A program made the position numbers and the translations under genes. From Bigelowiella natans CCMP2755 (lineage: Eukaryota > Protista > Cercozoa), in assembly GCA_000320545.1 (NCBI GenBank), contig ADNK01001198.1, positions 1-64,000 on the forward strand: a DNA stretch of 64,000 bases, given 5' to 3'. How positions within the stretch are numbered: position 1 is the stretch's first letter; each line of letters opens with the position of its first letter. This document shows positions 23,382 to 36,016 of this stretch, piece after piece. The notes beneath the pieces were generated by a model that saw only the letters and a list, made by a program, of their open reading frames with translations, was not told the DNA's origin and ran no database searches.

Positions 23382-26300
23382 TTAGCCAAAATAGTCCTCC
23401 CAACTTCCTGTAGGTTTTTGGCCACAATCCTAAACATAGTCAATGTCAAAATTGTGCATGACAATTACAAGTTGCTATTGAGCATCAAACCTCTGCCTCG
23501 TCGTCGTCTGAGTAGTCATCGAAATGACTAGCATCTGTATCACTTCCTATCTTATTTATGTACGGAGCCTGCCCGAATGAACAATGCACATAATGAGATA
23601 AGAATACTTTTCAACAAATGCATCTACCTTTATTTTCTTCTGAGCCAACGCTTGCCAGTTGATTCCTTTAAACCAGGGATGCGATTTGATGCGCTGAGAA
23701 CCACCCTCTATGACGCCAAGCCTTTCTGAAGACTTTCTCTGAGATCAAGTACATAATTTTGCTTAAACATTGGATTCCACATGCAATTCAATCCTGTACA
23801 GTTTAGTAAGTAGTGAAAATTGCTCCCCGGAGATGTCAAATAGTTTCTCGCCACACATTAGAATAAATATCCAATGTTTCATCGTTACACAATATTCTCA
23901 TTTCGTGGGAGTATGTAACTTTGAAGCATACTTTATGCAACATATTTCCCGTTCAAAATGTATTTGGTGCCAAAATTTATATTTCATTCGCATATTTGTT
24001 CTCAATAAAGGAGAAATATAGCTGTATCCGGGGGTGGGTTCACCCAATGATATAAGCACTGTGTATTGGATTAACTGTACTTCAAGGAGCAACTGGAAAA
24101 CCACCATAACCACAATCGCAAACTACCTTGAGTAATCCCCCGAGAAGGTCCTTAAGAGAGCTGGAAAAATTCGGTGGGTATGTAATGGGTTGCTTTGAGC
24201 ATATCATTTTATACGTATGTTTTGGATTTTCGGCATAGAATGGCGCATAAGAGGAGATGAGCTCGTATGTGAAGATTCCGAGGCACCACCAATCCACACC
24301 TTTACCGTGGCCCCAACCTTTAATGATTTCAGGGGCTAAGTAATCTGGCGTACCACAAAGCGTGTATGTGTTTCCAGTTATTTCTTTAGCAAAACCAAAA
24401 TCAACGAGCTTCAAGTACCCGTGTTGATCGACAAGCAAGTTCTCTGGTTTTAGATCTCGGTAAATGATATCAAGGCTGTGCATGTATTCAAATATAGAAA
24501 CCATGTTGGCCGTATAGAAACATGTATGAGCTTCCGAGAAAGAGCCACCTTTATTCTGAACCAATCCAAATAATTCGCCACCGAGACATAATTCTAGAAC
24601 GAAATACACGTATCTAGAGTCCTTATACGTTGCGAAGAGCTTGATGATGAAAGGATGGTTCATTTTTTGAAGGACTTGTTTCTCACTTACAATGTGTTTA
24701 GATTGCTTGGTGTCTAGCACGATTCGCTTGCTAACGCACTTGAGGGCGTATGTTTTTTTCTCCGGAGACTTCACCAACCAAACAGAACCGAATGACCCTT
24801 TGCCCAAAATGACCGATCTACGCAACTCATTGAGTTTGTAGTTAAAGTTTGTCGCGACCACTTTGTTCTTTGAGTCGTTCTTACGTCCGAGGCCTTCAAA
24901 CACGACAGTATTCTCGCTATTTGTATCAATATTTTGCTGAAATTCATCAAATGATTCAATATACACGCCGTTGACAGATTTTATGATCCATCCAACTTGA
25001 ACTCCCAACCTTTCTGCCTGGAGGTCTTTCTCGACCTTCGTTACCTATGAAATATTCCAACACCAACGTCACTAAATTGAAGTTGCTTTAGAATGTTTTG
25101 GTTGTGATGATGATGATAATGGTGATAAAAGGAGAGTGGCTGCGATAAATTGACGATAGGATCGAAGTTTTTGAAGCAAATGAGCGAAAGTACTGATCCC
25201 ATTCTTCAAAAATGATTGAACACGTTTTCTAATTCACCATATCACATATCCTTATTTATACTATGATAATAATACCCCTATTACGATACCAAAACAATTT
25301 TTTTATTTCACAAACCTTGGTGCCAAAAACCCTCATGCCAAACGTCCCGCCCCATGGAAAAACGATACTGTGCTTATTGTAGTCCTTTGCACGCTCTGCA
25401 AGAAAATCTTTAACCGGGCCAAGAAGAGTCTCAACTGCTAATTTTGATAAGCGCATGAGCACGGTAGGGGTCTCAGTTGCTTTCACCGTGGCAGCGCGTT
25501 TGGCGCCAGTTGAGAGGGCGATCTCACCTATTATCTCCTTGTTTTTCCACTCAACCTCTTGGCCATCAACAAATGCTGTTACATCTCCCTTCTTCAGAAA
25601 ATACATACAATCACCGGTGTCTCCTTGTGACATCACAACATCGCCTTCCTTGAATTCAACCTCTTCAAGTGCCTCCGCAATTGTATGCCGCTCAAAAGAA
25701 GATAGAGCTCTACATAGATCAGTTTGAGCTAGAAATGTGGAACGCCTTGCTAACTCACCCTCCGATACTTCCTTGAGAAGTCGCCTGAATGTGAATCGGG
25801 AAATACACCACAGAGTCACATCGCTCCTAGCATAAATCGACAACGGTGTAGTAGTGTCATGTAGTAACGCCAGCTCTCCAATCAATGAACCCTTATGCAG
25901 CACTCTTATCACATCATCCTCTGATGATCCTGTGGTTTCCTCGCATACGCCATGTTTCACAACATAGAGCATAAGAGCGGGCGTATCCTTCTTCACTATC
26001 ACTTGCCCCTTCGGAATAAACTTCTTAAAGAAACCTCGAAGAATTGCGTCAAAGTGTCTATCACTCGTAATTTCACCCAGCAATGCTGATTTCCGTGTCC
26101 AATTGTAGATCTCCTTTTTCTCATCATCTGATTTGATGTACAATTTAGGATCCACAGGAGCTCGTGTTTGGTCTTTGGGATCTATCGTGGTCGCTATCAC
26201 ATTCTCGCGTTTTACAAATACGCTTCTTAGGTTCCGCTGCCCATAGATCTTGGTGAAAATTTCCATAAATTTTGTTTTTGTCCAGAAGAAACAGACGAGG

Positions 26301-27062
26301 TCCGTTACAGCACGAACCGTAGCGCCTCTAGGAGCCTTGTTGATCAAAGCTCCTTCTCCGAAGTAGTCCCCAGATCGCAAGGTCCCAACCTTAGTATCAG
26401 TACCTACAATCACATCAGCTTTTCCTTTGAGCACCAGATAGAATCCATCTCCTTCTTCTCCTTGTAAGAATACAGGCTCTCCTTCCGAAGTCTTTTTTGC
26501 AATTCCCTCTTTTGCAAGAAGCTCTATAATGTCAGGTTTAAGTTTTGCTAACAACGGCACCGTCTTGAGTCGCTCCATTGTTTCTTTACGATCAACTTCA
26601 ATTTCTACGTTTGCCCCTCGTAATCGTGCTGCCTGTATTTTATCACCTGCACGAGCCTTAAGGGCTTGAGCCTTTGCTTTTGCTTTTGCCCGGTGCAGAG
26701 CTATGAATCCTTTAGGATCACGCATGTACAACATAATGTCTGTAACCAAGCGAGTTTTGGTCGGAGACTCCAACAAATATTGCTGCGACATGCCCAGAGA
26801 CACACCATAATTAATAATCTCAGATCGTGTCATACTCTCCAATTCAAACCTAGTTTTACCCCCGCCTTTGACAGACTGCTGTTGGTGTTGATTTTCAGCG
26901 TTCTTCTTCCCTCCTTTTGACTTGCTATCAGCATTATTAAAAGATGGTATGTCAAGATGCAACACCGGATTTTCTCCCTCCGCCATACCTAAAACCAATC
27001 ACCATGAAGAACTTTAAATTAATCATTGTTCACGTACGTATCATGAATGTCGCCAGAACCAT

Positions 27063-27108
<46 letters not shown>

Positions 27109-28561
27109 TAGGAATAAATCCGAGATGTATGCATTAATTGCTTTACTTTTAGATCACGCAAAACATCATACCTTTCTGAAGGTTAGGAATGGAACCGGGA
27201 TTTGAAACTGCCCCTACAACTAACGATGAAGACACCCCAGAAGAAGAAGAAGAAGAGCTTTTTCCACAAGTAAATAAACCTAAGCTCTTTTTCTCCTTTT
27301 GTCTGAAAATGTTGTTGTTCAAATCATTTGCTTATGCTACATCTCCGCTGACATCCCACCCCACTTTCATAACTTAAGATGTGCCCTCCTAGCCGTACCT
27401 CTTCACTACACCCGCGTGCTGAGCGTGTAAAATATCTTGAATGGCCTATGTAAGGAACAAGTCTTGGAAGTTACAAAGCTAGTTTACTTATCTACTATTC
27501 TCTCTACAACTTCTTTCAAATGCTGCTTTAAGTACAACCACTACGCCAAATCATGCTATGCTAATCCTAAACCTTCGAATACTACCGGTGTGACGGAGCC
27601 GAATCTTGGCACTGACACTCCTAATGATTTCGCGTACTCTCTAGTTGTAGTGGAGGTGAAAGTGGATTAACAGAAACTGCATAAACAATCACATGGAAAT
27701 TCTTTCTCCTCACCTAAGTTCTTTCCAATGCATACCGCGCAAATCTTCTTCTGAATACGATTTTTCCGATTTATGGTCCTGTAGGTTGATATGTATTAAT
27801 AATATAGCTTGATGCAAACCGAAATTAACAAACATGTAGATAAAACTATAGTGTTACAGCAGCTGCGTTAGGGCCATCCTTAGACTTGAAGGAGAACCAG
27901 CTCTTCTTCACCGGAGTGTGCGGGTTGTCCTGATAGTGACATACGGTTGATAATATTACAGTTGATACGTTGAATGCGCTCGGATTTGCAGTAGTTAGGT
28001 GGCAGATTGAGGATATAGTTCAGACTTCTTTAGCTATTCTCACTTGCGCTTTAAGAACTTCTAGAACCATTTTTTGCATGTTTCCGAAGATGGGTAGATT
28101 GAGCCCCAACTCCCGGCCTATCTTTCGAACCTTGTAGTATGAATGATCGATGCAGATAACACATATAACCAAATATGTGAGTTCGGAGAATATGAAATCA
28201 TGCAACTCCATCAAATCCGCCTTGCTTTACCTCTGACATCTTCATTTGCATGAGGTCGTCATATTTGTAACGGGTTTTTGTGCGAGGGGAGGGCATGTTC
28301 AAGTATGCCGCCCTACTGATCGTTCGTTCGACAGAATACTGCTTTGAACCCCAACAACTTAAATGAATATTGCAATGGGAGTAAGGGGAAATAAAGAGAG
28401 GAAGCGAGAGAGAAAGGGAGGGAGGGAAGGATGGAAGATGGAAAGTAGCAGGTGATGTGGTAGTCCTCCTCCTGGTCCTTTTCTTTCTTTCCTCCTTCCT
28501 GTCGTATCTCTTCTACGTTGATCTTGTCTTTCGTACTAACTAATGCAGCTTCTGTCGCCAC
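23382..28561 (-). CDS. Cyclic-nucleotide-dependent AGC kinase (PKG-like): N-terminal HeH-like repeats, 3 cNMP-binding domains, PDZ-like domain, kinase; 5' end approximate
   Basis: Kinase motifs GKGSFG, YALK, YRDLKPEN, DFG, TLCGTPDYLAPE. Spliced AGC tail HPWFKGINW..APY..SHFDDY..WEDYFG, TAA 23382-23384. cNMP cassettes FGEGAL..PRGATV, IGELAL and IGEIAL..KRAATV. Small upstream exons at 27.2-28.3 kb join in frame through GT-AG introns. Confidence 0.88.
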
Positions 28562-28979
28562 TATTCATTAAGATCAATGCAATCATCATCAAATATTATA
28601 GTCAAGCCAATTTCAGTCATTAAACTTGTAGCAACCTTTACGTCAATTAAAATCCCATTGGATTCCATCGATTCTGAAGGACTATCTGCTGCTGCTTATG
28701 GATTCCGAGATTAATATTTTTTGGATTCCGAAACCATTTCTCATTTCTCGTCCGCCTCGCGTAATCTTGCATTCAGCGCTTTCAGCTGTGAGTAGCAAAG
28801 GAGGTACTTGGGGACTCCTGCTGTTTATCCTTCTATCTTCTATTTTTTATCTTCTGTGATTCAACTATTCTATTTATTTTGCCTAAGAGGAAGAAAAAGA
28901 AAAGAAAAGAAGCAGTAAGAAATACGACGACGCGCCATTTGCTTCCTCAACCCGATCTACTTATTCAGGACGTGCAATA

Positions 28980-29120
28980 ATGTCGACTACTGTTGCCCCT
29001 TTCGAGCCACCTGTCTCGGTGGAGATTACCTCAACGTTGACTAAGGGGGAGAAATCTAAGTTCACGGTGAACACGAAATCGCGAGATTTTGATTCCTTTT
29101 CTTTGTTCCGCTTATTATAA

Positions 29121-29172
<52 letters not shown>

Positions 29173-30010
29173 TTAGCCTCGTGTCTTCATTTTTTCAGGA
29201 GTACGTAATTTTGGTAAAATGGCTGAAAACGGGAGAAGCCTGGACTAAATGTCATCGCTTCAGCGAATTTTCAAAACTCCATAGCACGGTATGATGTTTA
29301 CTTGGGGGCGGGACATACTACACAATTCAAATATGCTACCAGAACCACCTTTTCCTGTATATATTGTAGCAGAACATTTATCACCACTGCTGTTAGTTGA
29401 ATTTGGTGTTGGAACTAGATGTCCGAGATCTTCCAAGGCCTTCCAACGATACCTCCAAAGACTTGGAGTCTGACAAAAAATCTTGACAAATCCTTCGTTG
29501 AAAATCGTCGAAAGCAACTTGATACGTATCTCAAGGCCCTTATCCAGCATGAGGTGTTGGAATGTTTGTATGTCATGGTTTGGCATGATCATAATATTCT
29601 TAATCGTCTTACTCCGCGTTCTTAGGGCGTCATGAACACTGTGTCATTAGTGGATTTTTTGAGTATTTCTGAGCACGTCAAGCTTTCACAAACAGCGGTA
29701 ATTAGTTAATTCATCACGCAATCAAAATAGATGAATGTCCACACGCACTTGAACATTCGAAAAGAAAAATGTACAGAGAGGGAGATGGACGGGGAGGAGA
29801 TGAGAAACGGTGTAGTAAAATCTTATGATACTCTAAGACGTAGCTACACACACACACACACACACACACCCCTATATGTCGCCTGACGTATACTTTGAAT
29901 GATTGTTATTATTATTATTATTATTTGTGGTTGTTTGTCCGTCCTTAAGGTTCCCATTGAAGTGTCGAAGATAGAGGAACGTAAATTTGGCATTAACCAG
30001 GTAATGGTGC

Positions 30011-30048
<38 letters not shown>

Positions 30049-30531
30049 AGTGGAAAATGAAATAACACAGAAAAAGAGGAGGAGGAGGAGGAGGAGAATA
30101 TTGGATACAGAAGTTCTTTTTGGTTATGATGAGAAGAAGAGATACGAGATAAATTATCATCACAAGTATTGTTGAAAATGATGGCAGCGAGGACTGTGGG
30201 AAACCACCATCATCATCGAATTCTATATCACGAGTGAATACATCTCCATGCGTGGATTGTGAATACACTCTATCGTTCTTAGTTCTTGTTTGACGAAAAA
30301 TCCGGTGCTGTCTTCACAGCGTGCGAAGAAGTAAGAGTCTCTTATTATTAATTTATAATGATCGTGAAGATCCTCTTTATACCATATGTCGTGCGTGATT
30401 ATGATTGATGATGTTTTAAGGTGAAGTTGCTCAACCGCTTCGATGCTCATCTTTCTAACATACGTATGCCTTGGGAAGATCAGGTAGGCTGCTGCACTAC
30501 ACTATCACTACACTATCACTTCACACACACT

Positions 30532-30570
<39 letters not shown>

Positions 30571-31569
30571 CCAGCTAGTAGCTAGTACATACACAGTTGT
30601 TGTTGCTGTTTCCAGCTGGTAGATAGTAGTAGTAGTAGTAGTAGCAGCAGCAGCAGCAGCTATTGTGAATTATATTGCGGATATAAACCTAGTGTGTGAG
30701 TGAGTGAGGAAGATAAATGATAGTGAGAAGTAATAGTAGTAGTAGTCCAAATACTGCTACAACTCTAACTACTACTACTACTACTACTACTATTTTTACT
30801 CAGGGCAACATTGCACCTGTGGGTTCTTTCAGCTGTTGGAGACGTGGCAAAAAGGTAGTTACTTGTACTAATTTATTCTCTCCTGTAGCGTCTGGTGATG
30901 ATATTTTCCACATTCACTATTTCTTCTTAAGCTTCTATATCGTCTGATATTATCGATTGTTTCTACTCTTCTTTCTTCTTGTTATTATTCTTTGTTTTTA
31001 CTATTATTCTGTTTTCTTTTGAACAGGGCCTATGGGAGCTCGTAGGAACACAGTTTTATGATTGCCCCATCTCAAAGGTAATAATGTGATAATTCTTATC
31101 AGTAAAAATAAGTGGTAGCAGCATCATTCATTGTATGGACTACTACGCAATGATTCGATGATTGCGCCTCAACTGATACTGATATTCCACAACAACTATT
31201 ATCCTACATTATCAGATTCTATGGTGCAGTAAGACCAAAGTCGTATACTCAGCTTTGGCAAATGGAGATATTGCAGGGTAGATGATGATGTAGTAGTAGT
31301 AGTAGTAGTACTAGTAGTTGTAAGTAGCAGCAGCAGCAAATGATGATGAGGATGATGACATATTATTATATGTTGCTTGTGCTAGGTATTCGGTAGCATT
31401 TGAGGATGGTGCTGGAGGACGAGGAGGAGGGCGGCGAGGAGGCAAAACATTTAAATTGCAATCAAATATGAAGGAAGTCCATCAGGGTGGGTGCTACTAC
31501 TACTACTACTACTACTACTATCATTTCTGTCACCATTTTTATTTGCTATATTTAAGAGAAAGAACACAC

Positions 31570-31602
<33 letters not shown>

Positions 31603-31789
31603 GATAAATGATGATGATGATGATCAACAGCCTAATTACACAGTTTGAATTTCCTTCTACTGCCGCTGCTGCTGTGTGTGCTTCTTCATCATATTTTCGG
31701 TTATATGTGATTGCTTTTTGTTCACTGCTGATATGACCTGACTGCTTATTTATTTCCTGGAGAGATGTATAATAAAGATAAATGGTCAA

Positions 31790-31822
<33 letters not shown>

Positions 31823-32044
31823 GATGAATTTAGGCCGGATATTATGCATGGAGTGGTATGGAATCGGTAAGTAGCAGCAATCAGCAATCTCCAGTATATT
31901 AATTAATATGATTATGATGATTATCTACAAAGGCAAGAAGATCGTTACAACAGGGAATGATCGAAGACTAGTCGTACACGATGTTCAGGTGGTGATATCC
32001 TTAACACACCTCCTCCTTGTGCATATGAGCATGCATTCATGAGT

Positions 32045-32083
<39 letters not shown>

Positions 32084-32409
32084 CTCGTTAGAAACAAGAA
32101 GAAATCAACGAAATAACGCTCAAGTCGAAACTCACTGCTCTGGTAGTAAGTAAATATATTTCCTTACTTGATGAGCGGGGGGGGGGGAGGGGGGGAAAAG
32201 AGAAAAAAATCATTTGTGTATCTACATTGTTGTTTTTCATTTTTTTATGATTGTTTTAATATCTAGCCCTTAAATGGTAGTCTTGTTGCTATTGTTGTTG
32301 TTGTTATTGTAGGTCCCTTACATGTTATGTATCAGTATATATCAGTATATGTATGTTGTATGTCCGCCACCTGATGATCATATTAGAAAGAAGTACTACT
32401 ACTGATGAC

Positions 32410-32442
<33 letters not shown>

Positions 32443-33276
32443 AATGATGATAATGCCTTCTAGGTGGTAGAGACGGCAAACAACAGAGCAATAGTAGGTT
32501 CTACAGACGGAAAGGTATACAAATAATAATAATGAGCAATAGTAGGTTCCACCGAGAGAAAGGTATAATAATAAAGGAGGAAGAAGATGAAGAAGATGAG
32601 AAAATGGGAATAATAGATCATGAGGAATACGCTTTCAGTCTTGTAGATAAAAGTGCTCTTATATTATTCTTTCTCTCTCGTTTGTTTTAGATTGGCATAT
32701 TGGATATTTCTGTAAATCCGTGTGAAGTGTTATTGTCACTGTCGGGCCATAAAGCTACTGTTAATGCATTGCATCACTTTCCGGTATTACAACAACAACA
32801 ACAACAACTACTACTACTACTACACGTACGTAGCATCATTCGTTGGTTTACTACTGTGTGATTATCGTCGTTGTCATCATCATCATCATCATCATCAGAA
32901 ATACAGTGATTGGTGGAAGAAGGAGGAGGGAGACCACCCATAGAACAAACAACTATTAAATTTTGAGAACTTTGTCATCACAACGTATATTATTTGTTTG
33001 ATCTTGTAGTCGTTGATCGTTGGTTCATTTTCATGCCGCTTTCTTCTTCTTCTTTCTTAGAAACGACGTTACTTGTTTTCGGGTGGTAGAGATTATTTGT
33101 TGGGTCTTTGGTCTATTAAAAACAAACGGGACGTGCTCATGGTATTAGCAGTAGTAGTAGCAGTAAGGGTAGCATATTTCAAATGTAAAGAAGAGGAAGA
33201 ATAGTAGTAGCAAAAGTACATCAAGCCCCTTTGTAGCAGCAGCAGCAGTAGACAACAGGATATAACATAAATATAC

Positions 33277-33316
<40 letters not shown>

Positions 33317-33365
33317 TATTAATATGTGTGGTGGTGGGTGTTGTAGTCAGTCATTATTTGTTTAT

Positions 33366-33398
<33 letters not shown>

Positions 33399-33414
33399 AT
33401 CGTCGTTGTCATGG

Positions 33415-33445
<31 letters not shown>

Positions 33446-34350
33446 CTCTGACCAGTCTGAAAGGATAGGATTCTTAAAGAAAGGCCCACCCGCAGCAATA
33501 ACCACTGTAGAATACATCTCGGATCACAAGTACATTATCACAGGTAGTACTAGTAGTAGTAGTAGCAGAGGTCGTTGTAGCTCCTGCTTGCTGTCGTTGT
33601 TAAGGAGTAGTAAGAGGAGTAGTAGTATAAAAAGCAATATGATGTGTATGTGCTCATAGTCAATATCAATAATCACGTTTATAGTTGAATAATAAAATTG
33701 TTGTTGTTGTTGTTGTTAGGCCATGAAAAAGGTTTTGTTGCTGTATGGAACGCTGCTACAGGGAGAGTTGTCATGGTAGTAATAAGTAATTAACTAAGTA
33801 AATATTAGTTGTGTGCTTACTATGATGTATATATGAAGATGTTGCTACATTTCTTCCTTTATTTGGGATGAATGTAGTAGACACCACGGATAACCCCCCC
33901 CCTTCTCCTTCTCCTTCTCCTCCTTCTTCACCTCCTTCTCCTTCTTCTTCTTCTTCTTGCTCGTTTTGCTTTCTTCTACTCCATTATTAGGTGTTTCGAG
34001 CACATCGTTCTCAAGTCACAGATCTAAAGGTCAGAGAGATGCAGTTGTTGAACAAGATTCCTCTTCCTATTATCATCTGCTTTCGTCGTGTTCTTGTCAA
34101 TTGTGTTTGATGATGATGAAACACGTTTGTTTCTACTATTATAACAGTGGATCCAAGGGGGGGCACACGTTTTGATGACGTCTAATCACAATTGTATTCG
34201 ATTCTGGCAATTTCCTCATGTACAATATAATATATTATATAATGGCAATTTCTTTACGTACAATATATTATATATTATCCGATTGTATACCAATTGACAT
34301 GTCAATGTATGAATGATGTAGCAGAGATATCTGCTGATTCAACGTCTTCG

Positions 34351-34381
<31 letters not shown>

Positions 34382-34833
34382 GACTATTACTACTACTACT
34401 CATCAGAGACTTTTACATCAAATAAAGTTAAAGAAGAGTCAAAACTGCAACAAAAACAACACTACTACTACTACTACTCAACACAGACTTTTACATCAAA
34501 TAAAGTTAAAGAAGAGTCGCTACTACTACTACTACTACTACTACTACTATTACTACCCAACACAGACTTTTACATCAAATAAAGTTAAAGAAGAGTCAAA
34601 ACTGCAACAAAAACAACACTAATAACCCCAACCAACCCTTTTCCAAATGATGATGGATCTAATAATAATAATAATACAATGGATAGCATATGAATCTATG
34701 CCGAGCTCACGAATCTACTGCTGATGGGGACATGGAAGGTCAAGCTATGATTTGTCATTACTATTATTACAAAAAGAGTAAGGGGGGGTAGAGAAGGAGG
34801 AGTAGAAAGTTTGATGATGCTATATAGTGCTGG

Positions 34834-34878
<45 letters not shown>

Positions 34879-35217
34879 GATAATATATAATTACACAATT
34901 AGTATAGATATTATATTCCTCCGTAATAAAAAGAGAGGATTGTTATTGTTCTGGTGGTAAGTCATTTATCATAAGAAGCAAATTCTAACTACTCCTAATT
35001 TTCTTGTTCGATCTTGATTATTGTATTTATTATATGTTACTGCTACTACTACCACTACTACTACTACTGCTACGGGTATGATATTTGACAAACCAGGAGG
35101 AGATAATGATAATAAAACATCAACGTTAATAGGAGGAGGAGGAGGAGGAGGAGGAGGAGGCTCCTCCCTAACAATCAAAGCGATAGACTACTCAAGTCTC
35201 TTCATGAAAACCACCAC

Positions 35218-35254
<37 letters not shown>

Positions 35255-35950
35255 CTGATGATGATGATTTAGTAGTAATAGTAGTAGTAGAATGTTTGAT
35301 GTATGCTTGTGATTATGTATTACTCCTGGTCCACCACTACCACTTATCTTCTTACTATTATCATTTCCGTTAGAAGTTGATAAAATGATATAATCTAGGA
35401 GGAGGGAGAAGATGATGATGAAGATCTCAAAGACGATGACGATAGAGAATATTCCAACGACGATGATGGTGATGATGATGACACTAAAGCTCTCCAGACA
35501 AGTACCACCACCACCATTGCAAATACTACACTGTTAGTAATAATCATAATAAGAGAGGGTAACAATGTACTAATGAGCTGCTTTAGAGGGAAGGGAACGA
35601 GGAAAATCATCAACTCCTTCCTCATTTGCTACTCCTCCTCCTCCCCCTCCCCCTCCCCCTCCTATACGATTCCTCTGGCATTTTTGTTTGTTTCTTTCGA
35701 TGTGGCCCAATGGGAAGATGATGATGATGATGCCGTCTATTTATTATGATAGGTCTTGGAGGAGATTTCCATGATGATGATGACGATGATGCTACTGCTA
35801 CGATTCATAAGGTTGTGATGTGATGTGGTGTGATGATGATGATGATGATGATGATGATCATGATGACAACGATTCTATTAATATCTTAGCGAAGAAACAA
35901 TGATTTACAAGCAGCAATCTCTCATGATATTAACACTTATAAATTTATAA

Positions 35951-36016
<66 letters not shown>

